The notes beneath the pieces are model-generated. The model searched no databases. It saw only the letters and a list, made by a program, of their open reading frames with translations, and was not told the origin of the DNA. The translations under genes and the position numbers were made by a program. From positions 1-59,023 of the forward strand of contig JAVCCJ010000070.1 of NCBI GenBank assembly GCA_030765585.1: a DNA stretch of 59,023 bases. The letters run 5' to 3'. The DNA is from Candidatus Zapsychrus exili (GTDB lineage Bacteria; Omnitrophota; Gorgyraeia; Zapsychrales; Zapsychraceae). Shown piece after piece: positions 38,982-49,086 of this stretch. Positions within the stretch are counted from its first letter, which is position 1. The number at the start of each line of letters is the position of its first letter.

Positions 38982-39812
38982 TTATATAATCTCTCCTGAT
39001 ATAGAAATTGTATAATCTTTAACTGTTATATTCTTACCCGACTGTTTTAAAGCATTTTCAACTAAAGCCAATGTTCCATAACAACAAGGCACTTCCATCC
39101 TAACAGAAGTAATAGATTTAATATTATTATTTGAAATTATAAAAGTTAGTTTTTCTAAGTAGGCATCCATCGTAGTATCCAGTTTTGGACAAAACATTAT
39201 AAGTATTTTACCTTTTAAAAACCTCTGATGGAAATTGGCAAAAGAAAATGCAACACAATCAGCAGCTATCAACAAATCAGCATCTTTAAAATATGGCGCA
39301 GCTGGATTTAAAAGTTGCAATTGTATTGGCCATTGACCTAGTTCAGATTTAAGAGATGCAGCTAGGACATCTTGCGTCTTAGGCGGCTCGGGTTCTTTTT
39401 TTCTTAAATCTTTCATCATAATCCCTGGACAACCACAAACAAGAGGCTCATTTTTCTTAGTCTCAGGCTCCTCTATGTCATTTTCTTTCATATATTCTAA
39501 AGCTTGCGCTAAGTATTCATCTTGATTATGATCTCTTAAATGCTTTAAATGTGCCCTTAAAGTCGCATCACCTGCTTTAACTATGTTTTCCATAACCTTT
39601 TTCTCTTGATATTCTTCTGCCTCTCTTGTCTCTACTTCAATAGCTCCTTCAGGACAATTCCCTATACAAGCGCCCAAACCATCACACAAAAGTTCTCCAA
39701 CCAATTTTGCTTTGCCATCAATAATTTGCAATGCCCCTTCTGGGCAATCAGGAACGCATAATCCACATCCAGTACATTTATCTTCATCGATTTTAATAAT
39801 TTGTCTCTTCAT
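38982..39812 (-). CDS. 4Fe-4S binding protein of the Hcp-associated FrdX type
   Basis: CTGCGLCVPDCPEGA, CDGLGACIGNCP, CGCPG, QWPIQL, AADC, CPKLD, MEVPCC. Confidence 0.88.
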   Translation of the reverse strand: MKRQIIKIDEDKCTGCGLCVPDCPEGALQIIDGKAKLVGELLCDGLGACIGNCPEGAIEVETREAEEYQEKKVMENIVKAGDATLRAHLKHLRDHNQDEYLAQALEYMKENDIEEPETKKNEPLVCGCPGIMMKDLRKKEPEPPKTQDVLAASLKSELGQWPIQLQLLNPAAPYFKDADLLIAADCVAFSFANFHQRFLKGKILIMFCPKLDTTMDAYLEKLTFIISNNNIKSITSVRMEVPCCYGTLALVENALKQSGKNITVKDYTISISGEII

Positions 39813-39949
39813 TTTTATCCTTTTGTAAAATGATCCCAGTGATTTCAAAAATGATTACAACGATTAAAGTATCTCTAACTTTTAAACTTTTCTAATCACT
39901 GTAATCTGCTTTTTAATCTCTGCAATCTTTTTCATTATTTATCAGGTAA

Positions 39950-39978
39950 ATGATACCACTTCTGTGTCATTTATCAAG
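39950..39978 (-). promoter_or_regulatory. Promoter/operator similar to the one upstream of hcp
   Basis: ATGATACCACTTCTGTGTCATTTATCAAG aligns ungapped with 27071-27099; TTGATA-16 nt-TATCAT. Confidence 0.55.
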
Positions 39979-40036
39979 AATAAAAAGGAACAAAAAGGCA
40001 TCTGGTTCTTTTTTAAAAATGTTGTATAATATTTTT

Positions 40037-40432
40037 ATGCATACTATTCAAATATCCACAAACAAAAGAGAACAGGTTGTTGACCTTACTCCATTAATTC
40101 AAAAATATATAACAAATTCTGGATTTGACTCAGGCATAATCACTATCTATTCTCCTCATACAACAGGAGCTATTACAGTTAATGAAAATGCTGACGATGA
40201 TGTGAAAAAAGATATCCATTCATTTCTAAAATCAACCATCCCTCAAGATTATGGGTTCTCTCACATGGAAGGAAATTCTGACTCGCACATAAAAGGGACT
40301 CTTACTGGTTTCTCACAGACCTTTATTGTAGAAAAAGGTCATCTTAGGCTCGGAACATGGCAAGGGATATTCTTTATGGAGTTTGATGGTCCAAGAACCC
40401 GCGAAGTATGGCTTAAATTCATATCTGGCTAG
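40037..40432 (+). CDS. yjbQ: YjbQ/UPF0047 family protein
   Basis: PHTTGAITVNENAD, H.EGNSDSHIK, LGTWQGIFF.EFDGPR; start set at ATG 40037. Confidence 0.92.
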   Translation: MHTIQISTNKREQVVDLTPLIQKYITNSGFDSGIITIYSPHTTGAITVNENADDDVKKDIHSFLKSTIPQDYGFSHMEGNSDSHIKGTLTGFSQTFIVEKGHLRLGTWQGIFFMEFDGPRTREVWLKFISG

Positions 40433-40433
40433 A

Positions 40434-41402
40434 CTATGATCTATTGCTCAATCCTGAAAGATGTTTAATACGTTTTAGCATATTAGGATGAGTACTCAAC
40501 ATCTCAAGCATTTTATCTCCCATACTTAAATTTATTTCTTTACTCTTAAGCAAAGCTAACTCATCGGGATCAATAGTGCCACTTCTGTCTATATCAATCT
40601 GACTTAACTCACGAATTTCATTCATTGCACGTGATGGATCGTTGACAAAGAATGCCTTTAAACCCTCTGTTTCTTTCAGAGATTCTTTATCCATTTTTGC
40701 CGAGCCATAAACTAATTTATAAAGTGCAGTTGCCATTGCCTCTGGCCTATTGCCTAAAGCAACTGAGCCTCTGTCTGCAAAATATTCTCTTATTCTTGAT
40801 GCATATAAAACAAGCAGATTAGTTATAAAATAAAAAACAAATGCAGCTAAGCCTATTAATGCAGTATTTGCTCCCCCTTGACTTCGTCTTCTTCCGCCAA
40901 AGAAAACAAAATGCCAAGCTATACGATACATTATCATAGGAATAACTGATAAAAGCGTAATAGTTAAAACATCTCTGTTTTTGATATGACTTATTTCGTG
41001 TCCTATTACAGCCTTTAGTTCTTCTTCGTTTAAAAGGCTTACTATTCCCTCAGTGACACATACGCGACCATCTTTTATTCCTCGTCCAAATGCAAATGCA
41101 TTTGGTATCGATATTTTAGATATACACACCCTTGGCATTGGAATCTGAGCTCTCATTGCTTGATTTTCAACCAATCCATATATATGAGGGTTATCTTCTC
41201 TTTTAATATATTTAACACGCATAGTCCACTCAACTATCTTTGGACCTATCATGTACTGAATAAACATCAATCCAAACGAAAAAATTAGATAAAAATTAAA
41301 ACTCCCCACTCCCATAGCAGTACCAATCATTACCGACGCTGCATAAAGGATTGCAAACATTACTCCTAATAACATATACATTCTCATTTGTAAAAACAGC
41401 AT
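40434..41402 (-). CDS. htpX: Zinc metalloprotease HtpX (M48)
   Basis: PNAFAFG, HEISH, SRIREYFAD, STHP. Confidence 0.93.
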   Translation of the reverse strand: MLFLQMRMYMLLGVMFAILYAASVMIGTAMGVGSFNFYLIFSFGLMFIQYMIGPKIVEWTMRVKYIKREDNPHIYGLVENQAMRAQIPMPRVCISKISIPNAFAFGRGIKDGRVCVTEGIVSLLNEEELKAVIGHEISHIKNRDVLTITLLSVIPMIMYRIAWHFVFFGGRRRSQGGANTALIGLAAFVFYFITNLLVLYASRIREYFADRGSVALGNRPEAMATALYKLVYGSAKMDKESLKETEGLKAFFVNDPSRAMNEIRELSQIDIDRSGTIDPDELALLKSKEINLSMGDKMLEMLSTHPNMLKRIKHLSGLSNRS

Positions 41403-41439
41403 ACTCTACTTACCTCCTATAATATTTACATAAATACTA

Positions 41440-41967
41440 TTAATCGTTCTTTTTTAATTGCACCTTAAAAAAACTATAAATTTCTAAAACTCCAAAGGCT
41501 AAGTAGCCCAGAAGAAGAATCCAAATTCCATATTGAATATTTACTTTCATAACTAATTTATCTAAGTCTGTTGTAAGTATAACAAAAGATGCGGCTGAAA
41601 ATATAACAACGCCAAACGCTCCAAGTGCAACATGAACCCACTTATTCTTTTGGAAATACGTACTTAAACCTAACATAGCCAAGGAAAATCCAGGAACTAG
41701 CCAAATCAAAAAACTCATTGCTCCAGCGTTTTTTACTCCAGGGGCAAAAATTCTAATAACGCTTATCATAAAACGAGATTCATCGCTATTAGCTAAAATA
41801 GGGACATCAAATCCACTAATAGAATCTATCAATGCTTGTTTCTTACCTGTTAACAATTTCGTTATACCTCCAACAGCTGCTGACTCAACATTTATCCAAG
41901 GCAAAAAGAATGCAATAAAAATAATTATAACTATAGCAATCATTAAAGCTTTCTTAATTGAAATCAT
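41440..41967 (-). CDS. Hypothetical membrane protein
   Basis: Four hydrophobic segments, FFLPW motif, AGGAGG RBS. Confidence 0.8.
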   Translation of the reverse strand: MISIKKALMIAIVIIIFIAFFLPWINVESAAVGGITKLLTGKKQALIDSISGFDVPILANSDESRFMISVIRIFAPGVKNAGAMSFLIWLVPGFSLAMLGLSTYFQKNKWVHVALGAFGVVIFSAASFVILTTDLDKLVMKVNIQYGIWILLLGYLAFGVLEIYSFFKVQLKKND

Positions 41968-42044
41968 TTCACTCCTCCTATATTTTTATGTTTTAATCTA
42001 TGTATTTGTAAGATATTGTATCAGAAAATGAAATAGGACGAAAC

Positions 42045-42079
42045 AAAAAAGGGATAGACCGAATACGGTCTATCCCTTT
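42045..42079 (-). terminator. Intrinsic terminator
   Basis: AAAGGGATAGACCG-AATA-CGGTCTATCCCTTT with a T run on the minus strand. Confidence 0.85.
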
Positions 42080-42092
42080 AATAACCTATATT

Positions 42093-42260
42093 TTATTGTT
42101 TCTTGCCAACCAAATGATAAGCAACTAAACCTACAGCTGGAAGAAGTACGATTATTGCAATCCAAAGTGCTTTTTTACCAGTAGTCTTGTTGCTTTTTAA
42201 ACAATCAAGAACAGCTAGAACATCTAAAACTAAAATAATTAAACCAATTAACTTGCCCAT
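42093..42260 (-). CDS. PLDc N-terminal domain small membrane protein (55 aa, absent from the ORF track)
   Basis: MGKLIGLIILVLDVLAVLDCLKSNKTTGKKALWIAIIVLLPAVGLVAYHLVGKKQ; GGAGGT RBS. Confidence 0.88.
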   Translation of the reverse strand: MGKLIGLIILVLDVLAVLDCLKSNKTTGKKALWIAIIVLLPAVGLVAYHLVGKKQ

Positions 42261-42305
42261 TATTACCTCCTGTTTAATTAATAAACTATTTCAAAGATTA
42301 TACCG

Positions 42306-42689
42306 TCAAATAGCATCTCTTAGCAACTCTTTTATTTTGTCTAACAATTCTGTTGGATCGAATGGTTTAGTCATATAACATTCAGCACCTATCACTTTTC
42401 CTACAATCCTGTCAGACTCTTGCGCTTTAGCTGTAAGCATAAGTACAGGAGTTGAGTTATCATCATTCTCTCGTTTTATTTTACGACAAACTTCATAACC
42501 GTTAAACGTAGGAATATTTATGTCCAAAACAATCAAATCAGGCGACTCTTTTAAATAAGTATCGTATGCACTCTCTCCGGTAGTTGCTGTAATAATATTG
42601 TATCCATTTGCCTCTAACCTAGTTCTAAGAAGCTCTAACATCTGAACTTCATCCTCCACTACTAATATAGTCTTTTTATTATCTTTCAT
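42306..42689 (-). CDS. Single-domain response regulator
   Basis: VVEDE, PDLIVLDI, MLTA, KPF. Confidence 0.92.
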   Translation of the reverse strand: MKDNKKTILVVEDEVQMLELLRTRLEANGYNIITATTGESAYDTYLKESPDLIVLDINIPTFNGYEVCRKIKRENDDNSTPVLMLTAKAQESDRIVGKVIGAECYMTKPFDPTELLDKIKELLRDAI

Positions 42690-43171
42690 TTTTCTATTAT
42701 AAGCTCAAAATCCTCTTGTCCATCATTTAAAATAACTTTATCATAATCAATACTAACAACAGTACTTGAGCCTATTACGTCCCCCTTTCCAAGAATTTCT
42801 TCATTAATTAATGCACAAGGCCTTTCTTTATTAAAAAATATCCCTTTTAATTCCAAACTTCTCATAGGCTTTTTATTAATTAAGGCTCTATTGATTCCAG
42901 CATCTTTTTCTATATCTTGAACTCTATTTTTATGAAATACCTCTTTCGAAAAAGGACATGCACTCCAACTCTCGTATGCACTCTTATTACTATCTATATC
43001 TATTCTAAATTTAGAAAGCTGATTAACTATATTACTATTCTCAACCAATAATTGATTAGACTCTTTGATATCTTTTAATTTCTTAAAATCAACAAAACTT
43101 GGAAACCAAACCAAAACAGAAACAGCCATTAAAATTGGTAAAACTATTTTAAATTTTTGTTCTTTTTTCAT
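42686..43171 (-). CDS. PilP/GspC-like accessory protein
   Basis: TM anchor, W...PF, LELKGI.....P.ALIN...L.KGD.I; position in the pilus operon. Confidence 0.65.
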   Translation of the reverse strand: MKKEQKFKIVLPILMAVSVLVWFPSFVDFKKLKDIKESNQLLVENSNIVNQLSKFRIDIDSNKSAYESWSACPFSKEVFHKNRVQDIEKDAGINRALINKKPMRSLELKGIFFNKERPCALINEEILGKGDVIGSSTVVSIDYDKVILNDGQEDFELIIEK

Positions 43172-43172
43172 A

Positions 43173-43691
43173 CTACTCTGCCTCTAAATAAATCTCTAAT
43201 GTTAATCTAGATATAACCAATGGCAATATATCCTCATCCCTTATAATCGAGAAACTTTTTACTCTCACTATACTTTGATCTAAATCTTTTAGAGAACCTA
43301 GAAATAATCCGAAATCTTGATAAGTAGATTCTATCTTCAAATCAAGTGGCATACAAAAACATAAAGGAGATTCGATTTTTATCTTCTCTTTTGGCCTTAT
43401 AGATATAAAATTTATATTATTTTTCTGACCAGATTTTATTATTTCATCTATACCTAACGATATCTCGCTAGACGACAATAACCTACCTTTTGATTTTAAA
43501 TAAGTCTTTGATTTTATTATATTTTCCGCAAGACTAAGCTCTCCCCTAATCTTTTCTTTTTTAATATTTAAATCATGTATATTCTTTACAGCTGGCAAAT
43601 GCATAAAAATAATTACTAAAAATACCACCGCAAGTAAAACAAATATCTTAACAGTGAATATATCTTTTAAATTTAATCTTATATTATTCAT
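43173..43691 (-). CDS. pilO: PilO-like alignment protein
   Basis: TM helix, coiled coil, P.DL.IE.TY..FG.FL..L; follows pilM/N. Confidence 0.75.
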   Translation of the reverse strand: MNNIRLNLKDIFTVKIFVLLAVVFLVIIFMHLPAVKNIHDLNIKKEKIRGELSLAENIIKSKTYLKSKGRLLSSSEISLGIDEIIKSGQKNNINFISIRPKEKIKIESPLCFCMPLDLKIESTYQDFGLFLGSLKDLDQSIVRVKSFSIIRDEDILPLVISRLTLEIYLEAE

Positions 43692-43711
43692 ATATTTAGT
43701 ACTCTTAAAAA

Positions 43712-45403
43712 TTAATCAACAAAACAATTAATTTCAAAATTAAGAATAGATGTAAATTCATCTTCTATTTTATTGGTTGAAACTAATCTGACATTCTTAA
43801 ACATACCCTCTTCTAGCCCTAACATAAAATCAGAAAGAGTTGTCTCTCCATCTCTTGCCTCTTGATTAATTGATCCTTTTATAGTTATTTTCTCTTTACC
43901 CATAGCAAACTTATCAAGAAACATATTATTAGGCGTAACATTGCTTACATCTTTTAAAATTTCTCCCCAATCATGCTGATCATTCTTTACTCTTAAGACC
44001 AACTGATCTTGATACAGCTGTTTTAAACCCGAAGTTAATCCTTTATACTTTTGTTTTATTTGATCATATTGATTTTTATACAAGACCTTTTTACCACTTA
44101 AAACAAACAAAGCCCCTGATAATAAAAATACCAATACCGCAACCACTGAATTAAAAATTATATTCTTAACAGACCTGCCAACTTTACCTTTCATTTCTTT
44201 AGGCAATAAATTTATGCCTTTCATACTACTTAAAGCCGCTCCAATAGATAATACTAGCCTTTGAGCATCTTCTTCGCTTTTAACCACTCCATCATACAAA
44301 AGATCAATATCTTCCAACGGATTACCTATACTCACCTCGATATCTAATTCTTTATTAATAAATTCTGGCAAACCACGAAGATTCGCGCCTCCACCAAAAA
44401 GTATTATCCTATCGATTTTCTTCCCTCTCATCTCTTCTCTATAAAAGTCAAAAGAACGCTCAACTTCATTTATTAAATGTTCCACCTTAGGGCGTATTAA
44501 AGACAGAATTTGATTCGTAGTTATTTTCTCATCTACTAACCTATTTTCTTCTATCTTTGGCATTCCTACTTCTCTTTTAATCTTCTCTGCTTCATCTATT
44601 GTAAGCTCAATTCTGCCTTTATCCGTTATGAGCGCCTGAGTTAAGCTTTTTGTAATGTCTTTACCTGAGAACGGAATCTTTCTTGAAAATTCCAATCGAG
44701 AATTCTTATAAATGTTTAATTCTGTTATATCTGTTCCCATTTCCATAGTCACCAAAGTTTCTTCTGTCTTACGCTTTGACTTCTCTATTATGTTCTCAAG
44801 CACAAGCGATAAAGGCAAAAGCGCAGAAACTTTTATTCCTAATGGATCTAAATCATCTTCACTCTTAAACTTTTTACTAATTGATCCTGAAAAAGGCTTG
44901 GGCTTAGACTTTATAAAAAACGATAACATCCTATCAATTGTCTCTTTAGGAGATATCGCCACATTAATACCTAATTTAGCAGCGCCCTGCATTTTAACTT
45001 CTTCAATAACATTAAAATCTAAAACAGCTTGATTTAAAGAAAAAGGAATGGAGCGTTTTATATCTAAACTAACAGCATTCTCTAGCTCTTCTTTAGGCAT
45101 ATAAGGAGTTACTACTTTTCTTACAAAAGTTTTAGGACAGCTTACAACACACACTATTTTTGCTTTTGTTGAATTAAATTTAAAAAAAGCCTCGGTGAGC
45201 ACTTTTAAAGTAGCTTGATCGCGATCTGCATTATTTCTTATATCTATATCAACTGTTTCTGTCTTTATTAGCGTTAGCTTTCCTTTGTACTTAGCAACTT
45301 GCGAAATGTTTACAGAGCTTGTACCTATATCAATACCAATAGTTGACTTTCCGCGAGAAAGCCTCTCTTGTAATTTATTCGCAAATTTAACTTTATGCTT
45401 CAT
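43712..45403 (-). CDS. pilM: PilM-PilN fusion protein
   Basis: IGIDIGTSS actin fold, LFGGGANL, then INLLP PilN motif and TM in the same ORF. Confidence 0.88.
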   Translation of the reverse strand: MKHKVKFANKLQERLSRGKSTIGIDIGTSSVNISQVAKYKGKLTLIKTETVDIDIRNNADRDQATLKVLTEAFFKFNSTKAKIVCVVSCPKTFVRKVVTPYMPKEELENAVSLDIKRSIPFSLNQAVLDFNVIEEVKMQGAAKLGINVAISPKETIDRMLSFFIKSKPKPFSGSISKKFKSEDDLDPLGIKVSALLPLSLVLENIIEKSKRKTEETLVTMEMGTDITELNIYKNSRLEFSRKIPFSGKDITKSLTQALITDKGRIELTIDEAEKIKREVGMPKIEENRLVDEKITTNQILSLIRPKVEHLINEVERSFDFYREEMRGKKIDRIILFGGGANLRGLPEFINKELDIEVSIGNPLEDIDLLYDGVVKSEEDAQRLVLSIGAALSSMKGINLLPKEMKGKVGRSVKNIIFNSVVAVLVFLLSGALFVLSGKKVLYKNQYDQIKQKYKGLTSGLKQLYQDQLVLRVKNDQHDWGEILKDVSNVTPNNMFLDKFAMGKEKITIKGSINQEARDGETTLSDFMLGLEEGMFKNVRLVSTNKIEDEFTSILNFEINCFVD

Positions 45404-46476
45404 TAAATTTCTCTCCAAGTATTTGCAACAGAACCTGCAGCATTTGCTCCTCCACCAGGATTAGTTATATATGGTGGTGGACTAGTCAAAATGCTTGGAT
45501 CAAATACAATTGTTAAATTATCTCCATTATTAAAATTTATATGCCCACCTGCAACAATAGACCCTGTTATAGTGCTATCTTCACTGTTATTTATAGTTAC
45601 GCTTCCAGTAGCATAAATAAGCCCCGTTATTTGAACACTTTTCACTTTATTACCTATAATGCTCCCATCAGTAACAATTGCTGGATTGGGAGAAGTAGCA
45701 GTTATAATAGCATTTGAGTCTTTATCAAAAATTATATTACCCATCGCAACTATTGTTCCATCTAACGTTACGTTGTCTTCAAATGTAGCTTTTCCATCCA
45801 CATAATAAATACCATTATATGTTTGACCTGATTGAAATGTAAAATTTCCATTAATAACATAATCTGCAGCTGCTTCATAAGCCGCAAAATCAACTTCAGG
45901 CAAACTTAAGCCAGAGCCTTCTGTTATAGTTCCATCTGAAGTCATATCTCCCTGAGTAAAACTTCCTCCAGTAGCTATGTCTCCTGTTATCGTCCCATTA
46001 GAATTCTGAAACTTTATATTAGATTCAGAAAAACTAACGTATTCAAATGCTTCTGGAACTCCAACATTAGATAGTGTTATTCTTTGTATTATAATTCTTT
46101 CTGCAGAACTAACTTCGCCCCTTGATGTAATTAAAATATCATCTACTGCTGTTTCAACCCACATTGTATAAGTCCCTTCTCCTAATTGTTCTTCTTGTGG
46201 ATCTGTCAATCCAGCGCCTGAAGCTACTGGATAGCTAGATGTCCGCCACGAACCATCTGTTGAACCATCAGGCGCTGTGTTTAACAAATACCAAACTGCC
46301 TTATTTAAACCTGCCTCCGCCAAATAAAAAGCTTTTTTATTGTTTATCTGACCCCCAACATTTTTAGTATCATAAGAAATTAAAGAAATATACGCTAAAG
46401 CTATACCCGCTAAAGCTATCATAAATATTAAAGCTAAAAGAAGAATACTGCCCTTTTTTTGTCGTATAGCGCACAT
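45403..46476 (-). CDS. PilX/GspK-like minor pilin with a beta-helix-like C-terminus
   Basis: KKG|SILLLAL leader, AFYLAEAG, terminal WRE. Confidence 0.8.
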   Translation of the reverse strand: MCAIRQKKGSILLLALIFMIALAGIALAYISLISYDTKNVGGQINNKKAFYLAEAGLNKAVWYLLNTAPDGSTDGSWRTSSYPVASGAGLTDPQEEQLGEGTYTMWVETAVDDILITSRGEVSSAERIIIQRITLSNVGVPEAFEYVSFSESNIKFQNSNGTITGDIATGGSFTQGDMTSDGTITEGSGLSLPEVDFAAYEAAADYVINGNFTFQSGQTYNGIYYVDGKATFEDNVTLDGTIVAMGNIIFDKDSNAIITATSPNPAIVTDGSIIGNKVKSVQITGLIYATGSVTINNSEDSTITGSIVAGGHINFNNGDNLTIVFDPSILTSPPPYITNPGGGANAAGSVANTWREI

Positions 46477-46482
46477 AGTAAG

Positions 46483-47007
46483 TTATAAATTCCTTGGTCT
46501 TACTTTAGTTGACATCCCTACGATCTGATCTCCTTCTTGAGCTTCTAAATCTATCGTTATAACATTATTACTTTGACTAAATACTACAGAAGTTGGCTGT
46601 AAAATATTTGTAGCTAATGTAGCTCCTAATCCATAGGTAATATCGTCAGACACCCAATACAAAAAATAAAATTCTTGCGTGTATGGTGGGTTTGGTTCTG
46701 CATCTGCTGAATTATAAAGATACACCCTATAAGATTGGTCTCCGTTACCTAAATCAGCTGTAAAAGTTATACTGCTTTCTGTCAAAGCATCAATACTTTT
46801 AGCCTGCCTTAAATTCTTACTTATCAATTCAAGAGACTGAGCAAGCTTTGTACGCATGCTGCTTCTTGAAAATCCAGAATTCCACAATCTTAATCCAGTA
46901 ATATAAGAACTAGAAATTACTCCCAAAATAATACTTAAAGCTAAAATAACTACTAAAAGCTCTACCATGGTAAAAGCATTATTTCTTTTAATAATCATAA
47001 TCTGCAA
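46483..47007 (-). CDS. Prepilin-type minor pilin (PilW/GspJ-like)
   Basis: NA|FTMVELLVV cleavage/methylation motif. Confidence 0.85.
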   Translation of the reverse strand: MQIMIIKRNNAFTMVELLVVILALSIILGVISSSYITGLRLWNSGFSRSSMRTKLAQSLELISKNLRQAKSIDALTESSITFTADLGNGDQSYRVYLYNSADAEPNPPYTQEFYFLYWVSDDITYGLGATLATNILQPTSVVFSQSNNVITIDLEAQEGDQIVGMSTKVRPRNL

Positions 47008-47353
47008 ATAGTGTTACAAGATTAATATTTAATTCGTCTGATTTATCGGACCAGTAAACAGTAGTGCTTACCTGTTTAGGATCACCTGAAACAACTACTT
47101 CTCTATCAAAGTCAGAAAAGTCGCCTCCAATGCTTACTCTATTAAAAGCAAAAGAGTCTATGTTGGCATATGAGAAGGCATCCTTTATCTCTTCTAACTT
47201 TTCTTGTGCTAAATAAAATGCGATTGTTTTTTTATCCACATCAATATCAGCACGCAAAGAAATACCAAGCATACTAATAAGCGAAACAATGCCAATAGCC
47301 AAAACAATAATGGCCAACATAACCTCTAATAGGGTAAAGGCTCTTGTATTCAT
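46988..47353 (-). CDS. Prepilin-type minor pilin (PilV/GspI-like)
   Basis: RA|FTLLEVMLA motif, LAQEKLEE. Confidence 0.85.
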   Translation of the reverse strand: MNTRAFTLLEVMLAIIVLAIGIVSLISMLGISLRADIDVDKKTIAFYLAQEKLEEIKDAFSYANIDSFAFNRVSIGGDFSDFDREVVVSGDPKQVSTTVYWSDKSDELNINLVTLFADYDY

Positions 47354-47373
47354 ATTTTACCTAACAAGCTAAA

Positions 47374-47820
47374 TTAGAATCCTGTTCCATTACTTACGTA
47401 AACATCGTCATCATCGACGCCTGTCAACGTACCTGTTGTACCAATACCTGTAATATCAGCAACTCCATCAACGCCAACTGAGAAAATTATATAATATTTA
47501 CCATTAGTTGATTTTATATAATTATATTCAGTTGCTGCTGCCAAGAATGGATCATAAAGTACATCTGATACAATTAAAGGTGATGCACTATTTAATGTAG
47601 TTGCACATATTGTTGTTGAAGAGTCTGGGTAAGAACTAGGCTTCTGGTTAATATAATAAGACTCTATAGCAGTCTGTATAGTTTTTGCTTCTGCTTCTGC
47701 TTTAACCCTATTTGCCTCATCCTGCATACCTTTGATTCTTGGCACAGCTATTCCAACAAGAATTGAAATAACTGCAATAACAACCAAAAGCTCGATAATT
47801 GTAAAACCTCTCTTTTTCAT
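47374..47820 (-). CDS. Major (pseudo)pilin, GspG-like
   Basis: KRG|FTIIELLVV, DPF...Y.Y...S.G.DG...DD. Confidence 0.88.
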   Translation of the reverse strand: MKKRGFTIIELLVVIAVISILVGIAVPRIKGMQDEANRVKAEAEAKTIQTAIESYYINQKPSSYPDSSTTICATTLNSASPLIVSDVLYDPFLAAATEYNYIKSTNGKYYIIFSVGVDGVADITGIGTTGTLTGVDDDDVYVSNGTGF

Positions 47821-47850
47821 TTTTTCTCCTTTCATAATTTAAAAATGTTT

Positions 47851-49074
47851 TTATCTACTTATTGTTTTTACCATGTCAAATAATGGTAGTATCATTGCTG
47901 CCATAATCACTCCAACAACGGCTCCCATAATAACTATAAATACCGGCTCTATAAGAACAGTTAATTTTCTGATAGCGTACCGAAGGCTCATATCATAAAA
48001 ATCAGCTATCTTATTTAGCATATGTGAAAGCTTACCTGTTTCTTCTCCTGCTGTTATCATCTGTATTACATCAGCAGGAAACTCTCCGCTTGCACGAAGA
48101 GGCTGATCTAGTCTTTCTCCGCGTTCAACGCTCTTTTTTGCATTATAAATTGCTTTTGCAAAAACTTCATTTCCAACAACATCTTTTACAATATCTAAAG
48201 ATTTAAGCATAGATACTCCACTTGCAATTAAAGTGGATAGCGTTCTTGCAAATCTTGATATCAAAGACTTTCTTATTATCGTACCAATAATAGGAATTCT
48301 TAATTTAATTCTATCTAATAAAACTCCACCATTTTGTGTACTTATATAAACTTTTAAGCCTAAAAAAGATAGGTATCCTCCTAATATAAATAAATACCAA
48401 AACTGCTTAATAGACATTCCAAAGCTATAAACAATTTGTGTTACTACAGGTAAAGGCACACCTGCTTTATTAAAAATATCAATAAACTTTGGTAAAACAA
48501 AAGTAACTATTATAAAAACAACAAGGAGGCCAACAATCATTAAAACCGCAGGATACATAAGAGCTCCTTTTATCTTTTGCTTCAACTCTTCCTGCTCTTC
48601 TATATAATTCGCAAGACTTACTAAAACTTTATCTAAATTTCCTCCAATTTCTCCTGCACGAACCAAGTTTATGTAAAGATCAGAAAAAACTCCCTTATGC
48701 ATTAAAAGTGCTTCTGAAAAAGAAGAGCCCGATGCTATTGCATGCGCAAGCTTATTTACAATATCTGCAAAATGTTTATTCTCTATTTGTTTTGTTATAA
48801 TGTTAAGACTATTTAAAAGAGTAATTCCAGCGTTAACCATACTAGCAAGCTGCATATTAAAAATAATCATGTCTTCTGCTGTTACTCTTTTAAATCTAGA
48901 AAAGAATCCAGCCTCTACAACCACTGTCTCTTTTAGTTCCGACTTAAAAATTTCAACAGGCATATATCCCATCTTACGTAGCTGATTTACAAGTTCTTCT
49001 TCTGATGCAGCACCAAGACTAGCCTGTACTAATTTTCCATTCTCATCTCTTGCCTTATAATTATAATTTGGCAC
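47851..49074 (-). CDS. GspF/PilC platform protein
   Basis: GEIGGNL, ALMYP, GEETGKL, IEP, ILPLF. Confidence 0.93.
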   Translation of the reverse strand: MPNYNYKARDENGKLVQASLGAASEEELVNQLRKMGYMPVEIFKSELKETVVVEAGFFSRFKRVTAEDMIIFNMQLASMVNAGITLLNSLNIITKQIENKHFADIVNKLAHAIASGSSFSEALLMHKGVFSDLYINLVRAGEIGGNLDKVLVSLANYIEEQEELKQKIKGALMYPAVLMIVGLLVVFIIVTFVLPKFIDIFNKAGVPLPVVTQIVYSFGMSIKQFWYLFILGGYLSFLGLKVYISTQNGGVLLDRIKLRIPIIGTIIRKSLISRFARTLSTLIASGVSMLKSLDIVKDVVGNEVFAKAIYNAKKSVERGERLDQPLRASGEFPADVIQMITAGEETGKLSHMLNKIADFYDMSLRYAIRKLTVLIEPVFIVIMGAVVGVIMAAMILPLFDMVKTISR

Positions 49075-49086
49075 AACTTACCACCC

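Noticed and set aside
39835-39930. GATTAC/GTAATC-rich spacer upstream of frdX
   Set aside because: Short and degenerate, with a single occurrence here; not enough to define an element.
39950-40036. N-terminal extension of yjbQ from ATG 39950
   Set aside because: Overlaps divergent promoters; family similarity begins at MHTIQ (40037). Similar over-long starts were trimmed for rdgB, tolC, csoR, frdX and others.
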